A stretch of DNA of 64,000 nucleotides, taken from positions 32,001 to 96,000 of the IMG/VR virus record IMGVR_UViG_3300021420_000018, one strand, 5' to 3'. Shown here in pieces: positions 49,492 to 58,138 of this stretch. Every line of letters begins with the position of its first letter. Positions within the stretch are counted from its first letter, which is position 1. A program made the translations under genes and the position numbers. The notes below the pieces were generated by a model. The model saw nothing but the letters and a program-made list of their open reading frames with translations. It was not told where the DNA came from and made no database searches. The DNA comes from a virus.

Positions 49492-51078
49492 TCAGTTCAC
49501 CTGGCCTTTCGGCGTGCTTCCGCCGCTGCCAGAGGGATCGATCTTGCGACGTCCCTTCACGGCAGCGACCACGCCGACGATCTCGACTTGCGGTTCAGGC
49601 TCGAGCCCTTCCGGCACGTGGTACAGGCCGGAGTAGCTCGCCGAAATGAACTTCTGATCGGCTTGACGGCGCAGATCATCCAGCTTGTCGCGGGAAGAAA
49701 TGGACACCGGCACAATGTACTTCGCCGCTTCCTCGATCGAAGTGCTCAGCACATGCGCGTTGTAACAGCAGTTGCGGATTTCGGCAGGCGTCCAGCCCGT
49801 ATCGTCAGGGCGCTTGCCTTTCACATTCCACTTCGCTTCGTACAAGTTCCAGGCCGCTTCCTTCTCAGGCTTGGTCGGCAGATCGAAGAAGAAGGTGCCC
49901 GAGCGGAACCGGCGCCGCATCTCCGGAGGCAGGCTGTCGAAACGATTGCACGTCGCGATGTAGTAGACCTGGCCCTGGCTGACGGCATGCACCACCTTGA
50001 GCGCGGTGCGGATGTTCTCGCCGGACTGCCCCACAAGCGAGCCCTTCATCCCGGCGAGATCGAAGAAGATCAGCGGCACTTGCCATTCGTTGGCAATCGC
50101 TTTCGCAAGCAGCGTCTTGCCAGAGCCGGCAACGCCCAGGAACGCGCTGCCTTCGGCTTCGGTCTCTTCCATGTCGGTCAGGAGTGCGCCAATCATTTCG
50201 GTTGTCGTGTCTCCTGTGCCTACGGCGCCGAAGTTGGCCATGTGCTTGTCGATCTCATCGATGAATACGACGGCACGGCGTCTGAGAGGACCCTGTCCGC
50301 GGCGCAGATGGAATCCCTTGCAGTTTCCAAGGCCGATCACGCTGCTGAACGAATCCTTTCCGCGCCAGATGCTCAGGCCTGGCGTCTGTTCGATCTGTTG
50401 TCGTTTGCGTTCCCACAACGCTTCGATATCGAGACCAGCTTTGGTGATGCTCATCGCGCAGACTTGCTCTGCCGGAAACGCAGCGAGGCCGGAAAGCGCT
50501 TCGACCGCACGCTCCACGACTTCGGCCTTTGGCTTCTCTTCGGCTTTGATCAGATTCGCCGCAAGATAGGTTTCGCCCACTATGCCTGCCAGTTGCGCAG
50601 CATCGGGAAGCGGCTCGTCCAGCACCAAAACATCTTGCGCGAGTTCTGGCGGCAGAGTAATCGCTGGACCCACCATGACCAGCGTGCGGGTATCCTCTTT
50701 GAACTTGTCGCGCAAGTTCCAGACAGCTTGGACCACTCGGCTGTCGTGGAAATAGCGATTCAGGTTGGCCATGAAGACGACCGTGCCGGCTGGAATGGCG
50801 TTCTTCGGCGCGATCTTCTTGAGCATGTCGAGAGGATCTTCCAGACGGTTGGCATCTTCGCCGGATCCAGTGATGAGTGACTTCGCGACATTGCGGCCCC
50901 GCGGATCGTTGCAGCCAACAACGCCGTTGACGATATCCCACAGGATCATCGGCGACTCGCCATGCGTCCGGTCGTTCACGATGTTGGCGATGGTCGCTGC
51001 ATAATCGGCGGTCCGTACAAAAATGAGCGGAGTCGAAACCTTGCGTGCTGCTTTGAATGTTTCAAGGAAAGTTGGCAT
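49492..51078 (-). CDS. Ycf46-like AAA+ ATPase
   Basis: Degenerate N-terminal AAA module (LPPELA..LDEPLPD); GVAGSGKT; GSLVGQSGEN; ATCN..LPPEMRRRF..FFFDLP; GWTPAEI. Confidence 0.85.
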   Translation of the reverse strand: MPTFLETFKAARKVSTPLIFVRTADYAATIANIVNDRTHGESPMILWDIVNGVVGCNDPRGRNVAKSLITGSGEDANRLEDPLDMLKKIAPKNAIPAGTVVFMANLNRYFHDSRVVQAVWNLRDKFKEDTRTLVMVGPAITLPPELAQDVLVLDEPLPDAAQLAGIVGETYLAANLIKAEEKPKAEVVERAVEALSGLAAFPAEQVCAMSITKAGLDIEALWERKRQQIEQTPGLSIWRGKDSFSSVIGLGNCKGFHLRRGQGPLRRRAVVFIDEIDKHMANFGAVGTGDTTTEMIGALLTDMEETEAEGSAFLGVAGSGKTLLAKAIANEWQVPLIFFDLAGMKGSLVGQSGENIRTALKVVHAVSQGQVYYIATCNRFDSLPPEMRRRFRSGTFFFDLPTKPEKEAAWNLYEAKWNVKGKRPDDTGWTPAEIRNCCYNAHVLSTSIEEAAKYIVPVSISSRDKLDDLRRQADQKFISASYSGLYHVPEGLEPEPQVEIVGVVAAVKGRRKIDPSGSGGSTPKGQVN

Positions 51079-51706
51079 CTTGATTCTCCCTTTCGTTTTG
51101 CGATTTCTTTGCGGCGAATCGCTGCCGTTATTTGGCCCTCTTATCCTGTAGCATAAAGCGCCGCATGTGAGCGTACATCCAGCGCCCGCCCGGGGTAAGG
51201 TCGCGGCGTAGCTTCTTGAGCTGTCTGACCAAGAGTGCCCGTCGAATCATGATGTAGATTTCCATCGGTGGAGTGATGATCGCGAACGGAGCACAAATCA
51301 TCATTCCCGTTGCGTACAGTATGATCCGGATTTGTTTCAGGCTGAACAGACTCGGCATGTTGCCGTAAGGGATTTGCTTCCGCATCTCTTTCCGGTCTTG
51401 GCTCCATACCCACAGCAACCCGAGGAGCATCCACGCCAGAGTCATGATCGCGCCAGGATTCACATTCATGGTCGATTCTCCCTTGCGCCGTTCGCGGTCG
51501 GCAGCTACCGGTGCAACCACTCTCCCAAGAGCGGTAAGTAGATGGCAACTGCGGCTACGATGGCAAGTAGCGCCAGCGCGTAGGCCACGATCGCCGCAAC
51601 GTTGACAACGCCTTTTAGGTTTATGGTAGTGAAGTGGCGGCCGCTTCCACTACACAGTGTACATTCGTCGGTGCCGCGGCCGTGGCAGGCGGGACACGGA
51701 ATACTC

Positions 51707-52123
51707 TTATGCTGTCGCATTTTTGGCCTCTTGGACTATCCAATCACGGATGGCTTTGATAGCGTCACTCGCCATCTCGATCGTGCTTGGCCAATGCCAC
51801 TTGTATACGCTTCCGATCACGTACGCCGTGTTGCCGCCGGCCGCCACGATCACGGTGTAGTCGGCGTGATGAGTTTCGATAACCTGCGCGGGATTGCCGT
51901 GACTGAACACGGCAAAGTCTCCAGTTCTGCCATGCTCGATCATTTCCGCGAGCGTGTTAACGAACTCCACTGGGTTGCGGCGAATGTCGCCGATGGCATC
52001 GTTGCGAATAATCACCGTGGTTTGGTTTCCCATCAGCTTTTCTCCTTTTTGCGAAAGACTTGCGGAAAGAACAACGTGAGCACCAGATGCAGGGCCGACA
52101 GGATCAGCCCTGCGGAAACGCAC
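51707..52123 (-). CDS. Hypothetical protein
   Basis: MGNQTTVIIRNDA...HHAD...AGGN; true start probably MGNQ after SD GGAG. Confidence 0.55.
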   Translation of the reverse strand: MRFRRADPVGPASGAHVVLSASLSQKGEKLMGNQTTVIIRNDAIGDIRRNPVEFVNTLAEMIEHGRTGDFAVFSHGNPAQVIETHHADYTVIVAAGGNTAYVIGSVYKWHWPSTIEMASDAIKAIRDWIVQEAKNATA

Positions 52124-52459
52124 GCCGTGATTACGGCGAGCGCGAACTTAACCTTCGCGTCACTGTTAAAAACCCACGACCAAAACTGATATTCGGTCAT
52201 AGCCCACCCCAACGATACAGTTCGTCACGGCTTTGAAGGGCAGCCTTCTTCGCCTCAGTGCCAGCGCACCAGAGTTTGTGGCTTTGCCAACCGGCAATAA
52301 ATGTCGCCACGCCGGTCAATCCATCGATCAGATGGTGAACGACGCCAGCGAGCGATTGATTAAGCAACGCATCAGACACGCCCTCGATCGCGCCACAAAG
52401 AGCCATGAAGAACAGAAATCCAAACAAGATTCCGTACGTCCCATTACGTCTTGTATGGC

Positions 52460-53401
52460 TCATCGCGCACCTTCCCTTTCTGGCTTTGGCAAGCATCCAT
52501 CGCAGAACACGCCGCGTGAAACTGGCCGGTTGCACCGGACTGCGCGGCGCTGCTCGATGGTATGCGTGGGAGTTTTCATCGCCACGCACAGGGTTTGGCT
52601 GTAGGCCACTTCATGCTCAACCAATCGCTGCGGCAGTGGTGGGATGTTAAACGCGATGTTTGGCACTCCACTCCCTGCTACCAGTGTTTTGCCGGTGCCA
52701 GATTGTGTCAGCATCGGCTTTTCCAACATGCGGTCGAGTGAGCGGCGGCGACGGCGCATGAATCGCCGGAACGATACCCGCGCTGGCTGATAGGCTCGGC
52801 TCTTTTGGACGAGACCCAACTTGCGGCGCAGCTTGATCCAAAACTCCGCGTTCAGCGGCTTGGTATTAAGCCAACGCAGCAAGTCTGGAAATAGATGCTT
52901 CTGAAGTATCAGTTCCAGGCGTGCCCGGGCCTCGTTCTTGTTCCGCTTGCACGCGACGCAAACGCGGTAATACGGTTTGTCGTGGACGCACGTGAAAATG
53001 CTCGCACGTCGCCGGTTCCGCTTCTTTTCCGCTTTGCGCCACGCCGCTGATTTGTGAATCCGCGGCTCATCCGACTGCTTCTTGGGAACGAAGAGAGAAT
53101 GGCGCATGTGGAACTTCCGCAGTTCGGACCACGCCACCATCAGCATGACGTTGGTGCGATTCTTCGGGACGCCGAACCGACGACGCCACTGTTCGATTTG
53201 AATCGGGTGTAAGTCTTTGACGCGCCACTGGTGCCACGGCAACTTGGTTCCGGCTAACTGGTGCGCGAGGCGCTTGCCGGCGTGCTTGGCTAACCGCGTG
53301 CTGTCTTTGCTCGCGGTCGATAGACTGCTGCGAAACTCCGATGGCGTCGCCGCGATCTCTCGCTTCGACCAACGACGACTACGCTTCACGTGGCGCGTCA
53401 T
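52460..53401 (-). CDS. Basic hypothetical protein
   Basis: Long Arg-rich ORF with CVH...CVAC; 4-bp overlap with the upstream gene. Confidence 0.5.
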   Translation of the reverse strand: MTRHVKRSRRWSKREIAATPSEFRSSLSTASKDSTRLAKHAGKRLAHQLAGTKLPWHQWRVKDLHPIQIEQWRRRFGVPKNRTNVMLMVAWSELRKFHMRHSLFVPKKQSDEPRIHKSAAWRKAEKKRNRRRASIFTCVHDKPYYRVCVACKRNKNEARARLELILQKHLFPDLLRWLNTKPLNAEFWIKLRRKLGLVQKSRAYQPARVSFRRFMRRRRRSLDRMLEKPMLTQSGTGKTLVAGSGVPNIAFNIPPLPQRLVEHEVAYSQTLCVAMKTPTHTIEQRRAVRCNRPVSRGVFCDGCLPKPEREGAR

Positions 53402-53712
53402 GCTGCCACCTGTTTTTTCCTTCGGACCGGGATGCCTACCGCTTCCGGCGCGAACTTTTTAATGTGTCGGCAAGGATTCCGCATCCGGATGATCTCGCCG
53501 TTCTTCTGCTTCACGTTTCGCGGGACGATCCACCCCAAACAGGAGCAGGCCCACTTGCCATTCTTGCAAGTGACGGTGTAATGACGGCGCGCGTCGCTCG
53601 ACGAAGTGACTTCGATTCTCCGAACACCGGCGCGCTTGGAGGACCGAATCACGCGGATTGGCTTCGGCTCTTGCCAGTAGTGTCGGCTCATGCTGCCACC
53701 TCTGCGCGCCAC
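53398..53712 (-). CDS. SWIM Zn-finger protein
   Basis: EVTSSSD...YTV...WACSCLGW...CRHI. Confidence 0.75.
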   Translation of the reverse strand: MARRGGSMSRHYWQEPKPIRVIRSSKRAGVRRIEVTSSSDARRHYTVTCKNGKWACSCLGWIVPRNVKQKNGEIIRMRNPCRHIKKFAPEAVGIPVRRKKQVAA

Positions 53713-53984
53713 TTCTTGAAGACCAGCTTCGCGTGGTAGGACTTGTGGCAGGATTGGTGCGCTACGCGGCGGTTAGCTTTCCGATTGTCGTCGTGGTTAC
53801 CGTTCTTGTGATGGATGGTGATATCCATGTCGAAGATCGGCGCTCTGGCGTTTCCGAACTTCGGTTCGATATCCGTAGGAAGAAATCCCTTGTTGCAGAA
53901 GAAGCACTTTTCGCCTTCAAGAAAATGCCAGAGCAACTCGCGGCCCTTGTTCAGCTCCATCTCAGTTCGTCTCGACATTGCCAT
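53688..53984 (-). CDS. Small HNH-domain protein
   Basis: CFFC...ITIHHKNGNHDDNRKAN...H.SCH..YH. Confidence 0.75.
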   Translation of the reverse strand: MAMSRRTEMELNKGRELLWHFLEGEKCFFCNKGFLPTDIEPKFGNARAPIFDMDITIHHKNGNHDDNRKANRRVAHQSCHKSYHAKLVFKKWRAEVAA

Positions 53985-54050
53985 TCTGTTTCCCCTTTCT
54001 CTCTAACTGCGCTTGCTAGCATTTGGGTCGTTCTTATACTAGCGTTCAGC

Positions 54051-54079
54051 ATTATAGCTTAGTCGGCACGATAGGTCAA
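54051..54079 (-). promoter_or_regulatory. Promoter TTGACC-17-TATAAT
   Basis: Near consensus; conserved spacer motif. Confidence 0.8.
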
Positions 54080-54161
54080 GCACGAATAACCGTTTACTGT
54101 GTCGGGCAAGGTGGGGCTAGTGGCGAGAAAGGTACGGCTATTGACTAGGCGAAAAGGCCTG

Positions 54162-54812
54162 CTATCGCTGCTGGACTTCTGGCTCATCCTCAGCGTTGCG
54201 CGACTGTTGGACCGAGATCTCCGCTTCCGCTTCGATCTTGGCTAAGGGAGCCTGGATTACGTCGAACCGATTGAAGGGAACGCCGAGCAGGATCCAAATC
54301 ATTTTCGGCGGCGGCTGGAGATCGATCTTGTCGATTCGTTTGCGGCCTTTGCCTTCGTTCAAAAGATTGTCCAACTCAATCGGCTCGAATAGATCGTTCA
54401 GCTCTACATCCGTAGTGGCCAGCACTTCCTTGTCCCAGGCGAGATCGACTTCCTGCGTCCTGTTCTCGAACAGGGCGAGCTCACGCGCCTTCTTATCCTC
54501 GCCCTCAAGCTTCAGGTCTTTGCGGCGAACGGCAACGAGCGTATCGCCATCGGAGTCAACAACCATGACGCGTTTGTAGCCCAACGACTTCGCCTGCTCA
54601 AGGGTGGCGTTACCGCTGATCACGCGGTTATCGGCATCGAGCAAAATCGAACGGCCGGCACCAAACTTCTTGAGCGAAGTCTTGAGCATCTTCTTACCGC
54701 GGGGCGTGTGTTTGTTGGGATTGTTCCGGTCCGGCTTCAAGTCTTCGATTGGTTCGAGTGCGATCTCGGCCATCTCATCAGAACTTCCGTTTTTTGCTGC
54801 CATTTCTGACAT
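54162..54812 (-). CDS. ParB/Srx-like N-terminal domain protein
   Basis: LKPDRNNPNKH...SLKKFGAGRSILLD...ISGN...ENRTQE..LAWD. Confidence 0.75.
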   Translation of the reverse strand: MSEMAAKNGSSDEMAEIALEPIEDLKPDRNNPNKHTPRGKKMLKTSLKKFGAGRSILLDADNRVISGNATLEQAKSLGYKRVMVVDSDGDTLVAVRRKDLKLEGEDKKARELALFENRTQEVDLAWDKEVLATTDVELNDLFEPIELDNLLNEGKGRKRIDKIDLQPPPKMIWILLGVPFNRFDVIQAPLAKIEAEAEISVQQSRNAEDEPEVQQR

Positions 54813-55038
54813 CTCCGTTCTTCGATCGCTCGACTTCCGACAAAAGATAAGTGCGCCGCAGGCGCCGAATGGTGCATACGGAAACGCTGAATCGTGTGGC
54901 AACTGCTTCGGCGGTGACATCCGCCACGAATAAAAGATGGAGTATTTGTGCGCGCTGCGCCTCGGAGAAATGCGGCTTGGGACCAGACAAACCGGCCATG
55001 TCTCTGGAGTGTACTGGTTAACCATTGGCTGAGTCAAA

Positions 55039-55665
55039 CTAGTCCAAAGAAATGGCTCGCCGGGGCCTCGCGAAAATGGGCTCTTTTCGCTGGGTTCCAA
55101 TGGTCTGATAGCCGCTCTCTTCAATGGTCTTGCACGCCTGGCACAGAGGACGCTGATAGGCTGAATCAAAAAGCTGGCCGCAGTTCGTGCACCGCAGCTT
55201 GAATGTCTGTGTCGGCTCAACCTGGACGCCATCGGTATTGAATCCGCGGTGTCGTAGCTCGGCGCCTACGCTCTCAAACAGCCAGTTGAACTGAGTCCTA
55301 TCAATAGGGCAGTTTGAGAAAAACCATAGCAGGTAATCATTGGGTAGCACGGAGACTTGTGCGCCGCGGAACTTACCGAGTGGCATGATCGCTCTGCCGT
55401 GTCTGCTCATGGCGTCTTGTGCGGCGGCGTGCAGGACGCGGCCGATTCGTTCCCGTTCGAATCCGGTGAGGATTTTAGCATCGCGAATACCGTGCCGTTT
55501 ACGTAAGTGGTGTTTCAATCCGCAGGAGGCCCATCCGACACTCGTATACCAGCGCAGGATTCTGGCCGGCTCGCATCTGAAACACCTGGCGTAATCTCTT
55601 TCTTCGTTCCGTGAAAGATGGAAGCTGCCGAATAGCTCGCCATCATAGCCGGTGTTATTTGGCAT
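55039..55665 (-). CDS. DUF3820-like protein with Zn-ribbon, ending in PRRAISLD
   Basis: MPLGKFRG..VS.LP.DYLLW; CTNC...CQAC. Confidence 0.65.
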   Translation of the reverse strand: MPNNTGYDGELFGSFHLSRNEERDYARCFRCEPARILRWYTSVGWASCGLKHHLRKRHGIRDAKILTGFERERIGRVLHAAAQDAMSRHGRAIMPLGKFRGAQVSVLPNDYLLWFFSNCPIDRTQFNWLFESVGAELRHRGFNTDGVQVEPTQTFKLRCTNCGQLFDSAYQRPLCQACKTIEESGYQTIGTQRKEPIFARPRRAISLD

Positions 55666-56029
55666 TGCCCTTCATCACCGCGGCCAGGTGTCGCAGCATA
55701 GGATCGGACTGCGACTCGAGCCATGCGATGTACTGCGCTCGCTGCTGGTCGTGCAGCTCCGCATGCCGGCAGTGATTCGGGAAGAAAAAGCCGAGAGCTC
55801 CGGCAAGGATCTTGCCCCACAGCTTGCCGGCATGGGCGGCTCGACCGGATCGTGCGCTGATCGTTTCGCCGAGATTGCCGGCGAAGATCACGTTCACGAA
55901 CTCGTCAAAGCCGATGGCCAGATTAAGCAGATACGTTTGTATTTTCATGATCCACTCAACATCGCCGCAGCTTCTTCCTTCGTCGTCTCTTTGAAGACGT
56001 GCATGCCACTCGGCAGTTGATCTACCCAA
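55655..56029 (-). CDS. Hypothetical phage membrane protein
   Basis: NLAIGFDEFVNVIFAG...ETISARSGR...NHC; likely start MKIQTY. Confidence 0.55.
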   Translation of the reverse strand: MGRSTAEWHARLQRDDEGRSCGDVEWIMKIQTYLLNLAIGFDEFVNVIFAGNLGETISARSGRAAHAGKLWGKILAGALGFFFPNHCRHAELHDQQRAQYIAWLESQSDPMLRHLAAVMKGNAK

Positions 56030-56122
56030 TAGAAGTAAAACGTCGCGCCGCTTTGATCGTCATGGTATCGGCAAACGCGTGGCAGATAGGGAAAGGCCGT
56101 CTCATACCAGAGATCTGAACCA

Positions 56123-57100
56123 TTAGCGAACCGGAGCAGGATTTTGATCACGAGCCACCTGGGCTGCGATCCAAGCATAAGTCTCTTTGAGACCGTCGAT
56201 CAATCGGATACTCGGCTCCCATGCTACTGTCCTGCGTAACCGCAAGTTGTCGCTGCTGCGTCCTCTCACGCCTTGCGGCTTTGACTCGTCGTGCACTATT
56301 TTGAGGCGCTTAGCCGCGATGCCTGCCACTAGATTTACGAGATCATCGACCGTTACGAGCTCGGCCGTCCCCAGGTTGAGAGGACGCTGATAACCGGACT
56401 GCATGATGCGCACCAGGCCTTCGATGCAGTCGTGTATATACAAGTATGTACGCGTCTGCTTTCCGTCGCCCCAAACTTCAATCGCGTCGCCGTCTTTGGC
56501 TTGCGCAACCTTGCGACAGATCGCAGCGGGACTTTTCTCGCGGCCGCCAGTGAAGGTTCCCAAGGGACCGTAAACGTTGTGAAGGCGCACGATCCGCACG
56601 TTTAGGCCGTGATCCTTTCGATAGTAAGCACACATTTGTTCGCTGAAAAGTTTCTCCCACCCATATCCGTCTTCGGGATCGGCTGGCCACGCATCGGTTT
56701 CTTTCAATGGCATGCCGTCAGTTACCATCTGTCTGCCGAGTGGATACACACACGCCGATGAGGTGAAAAGATACCGCTTCACGTTGTTTTGCCGGCAGGC
56801 CTCGAGCATGTTCAGGTTGATGAGGGCGTTGTTCCTGGCGACGTCCGCAAGGTGAGAAGTGATAAAACCAATCCCGCCCATGTCCGCTGCGAGATTGTAG
56901 ACCGTGTCTATTTGCTGCGTGACCATCATGCAGTTGGCAAACTCCCGCAGATCGCGCAGATGGAAGAAATCGGCAGGCGATGCCGGCTCGAACTCCGGAC
57001 GCTTCAGATCGGCGCCCATGACGTAGTGGCCGTCAGCTTTGAGACGTTTGACCAGCCAGCTTCCGATGAACCCGCCAGCTCCTGTGCACAATATTCTCAT
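56123..57100 (-). CDS. NAD-dependent epimerase (GDP-mannose 3,5-epimerase-like)
   Basis: GAGGFIG; LAADMGGIGFI; SSACVYP; YGWEK; HNVYGP.GT..GGREKSPAAICRK; WGDGKQTR; PQGVRGRSSDN. Confidence 0.92.
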   Translation of the reverse strand: MRILCTGAGGFIGSWLVKRLKADGHYVMGADLKRPEFEPASPADFFHLRDLREFANCMMVTQQIDTVYNLAADMGGIGFITSHLADVARNNALINLNMLEACRQNNVKRYLFTSSACVYPLGRQMVTDGMPLKETDAWPADPEDGYGWEKLFSEQMCAYYRKDHGLNVRIVRLHNVYGPLGTFTGGREKSPAAICRKVAQAKDGDAIEVWGDGKQTRTYLYIHDCIEGLVRIMQSGYQRPLNLGTAELVTVDDLVNLVAGIAAKRLKIVHDESKPQGVRGRSSDNLRLRRTVAWEPSIRLIDGLKETYAWIAAQVARDQNPAPVR

Positions 57101-57624
57101 CTTCGACCCTCCGCATAGGCACGCCGGAGGCCTTCTGAAATGCTCTTACGGTGCTCCTTGCTCCTGCCATTTTTATGAAAGCACTCTTGAGAACAGAATC
57201 TCCACGTGCGCCGTCGTTTATACTCTCGCCTTTGAATCTCGAATGGTTTACCGCAAACAATGCAACTCTTAGCCACCGGACATTTCGGCTTGTGCCTTCG
57301 ACTGTGGGCTGCGTGATCTAGGAGGCGCAGATTCTCAAACGAGTCATCCGTTTTTATTTCGTTACTGTGATCCAGATCAGTTCCGTCTGGATGGATATTC
57401 CCTGTGGTTAACCACCAAACGACATGAGCACGCAATGCATATCCTTCCGAGTATGCCCGCGGATAATCTGGTCGATAAACTCTGAAGCGGCCGTCGGAGT
57501 CGATATACCCATCGTCCCACTTATCAGGAGTCCACATTTCATGCGTGCGCACAAAGCGACCGGACTGTTGATTCCGTTGAATCATTTGTCTGGAGCCTTC
57601 CTTTTCTTTCCGCAGTGGATGCAC
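57097..57624 (-). CDS. HNH homing endonuclease with Zn-ribbon
   Basis: YALRAHVVW...DHSNEIKTDD.FENL.LL....H; CIVC..FCSQEC. Confidence 0.85.
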   Translation of the reverse strand: MHPLRKEKEGSRQMIQRNQQSGRFVRTHEMWTPDKWDDGYIDSDGRFRVYRPDYPRAYSEGYALRAHVVWWLTTGNIHPDGTDLDHSNEIKTDDSFENLRLLDHAAHSRRHKPKCPVAKSCIVCGKPFEIQRREYKRRRTWRFCSQECFHKNGRSKEHRKSISEGLRRAYAEGRR

Positions 57625-57709
57625 TTTTGCGTGCGGTTGCCGTCGCGATCAAAGATGATCTCATGGCTGAACTTGTGGCGACCAGAAATGGACGTGCACT
57701 TCGGCTGGC

Positions 57710-58138
57710 TCATCCTGTTTTCCTGCTTTCGTGGCTGATGAAATCAATCCCGATCTCGAGCCGCTCCGGAGTGCCGTACGTTTTCACGACGTGCAAGGCT
57801 GCAACCTGCGCATCATCCTCGTAGGCGATCCCGACCAGCGCGTCGAGCACGCACCTGGCCAGCTTGTCGACGTCCGGCTTCTTATTCAGCACTGTGAATC
57901 TTTTTTGCAGGCTCGCCGGCCTAGCCATGACGAATACCAGCGTCAGATTTACGCCGCCTTGTTCGCGAGTCCAGAGCTGCATGCCCTGAACATCGATAGC
58001 CGTGCCGGTAATCTGCTGTCGCCACGGCTTCATTTTCTTGCTGGCGGTGGTGATGACAGGACGGCTCCAACCCTTAGGGATGAAGGCGCGCGTGGATCCC
58101 TGCGCCTCAGCGTGGCCGTATACAACAAAGTGGATCAT
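57710..58138 (-). CDS. rusA: RusA Holliday junction resolvase
   Basis: G...QGS...WR...KPDVDKLARCVLDAL...DDAQV. Confidence 0.92.
   Translation of the reverse strand: MIHFVVYGHAEAQGSTRAFIPKGWSRPVITTASKKMKPWRQQITGTAIDVQGMQLWTREQGGVNLTLVFVMARPASLQKRFTVLNKKPDVDKLARCVLDALVGIAYEDDAQVAALHVVKTYGTPERLEIGIDFISHESRKTG

Noticed and set aside
49468-50880. 470-aa plus-strand ORF
   Set aside because: Antisense shadow of the AAA+ ATPase.
52670-52715. QSGTGKT Walker-A-like peptide in ORF 52460-53401
   Set aside because: No preceding hydrophobic strand, Walker B or helicase context; probably chance.
54813-55232. N-terminal extension of the ParB-like ORF in the track
   Set aside because: Overlaps other genes and is low-information; MSEMAAK at 54812 has an SD-like GGAG.
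55440-55470. GTTCGAATCC T-loop-like sequence
   Set aside because: No T-stem pairing or acceptor stem, and it lies inside a minus-strand CDS; not a tRNA.
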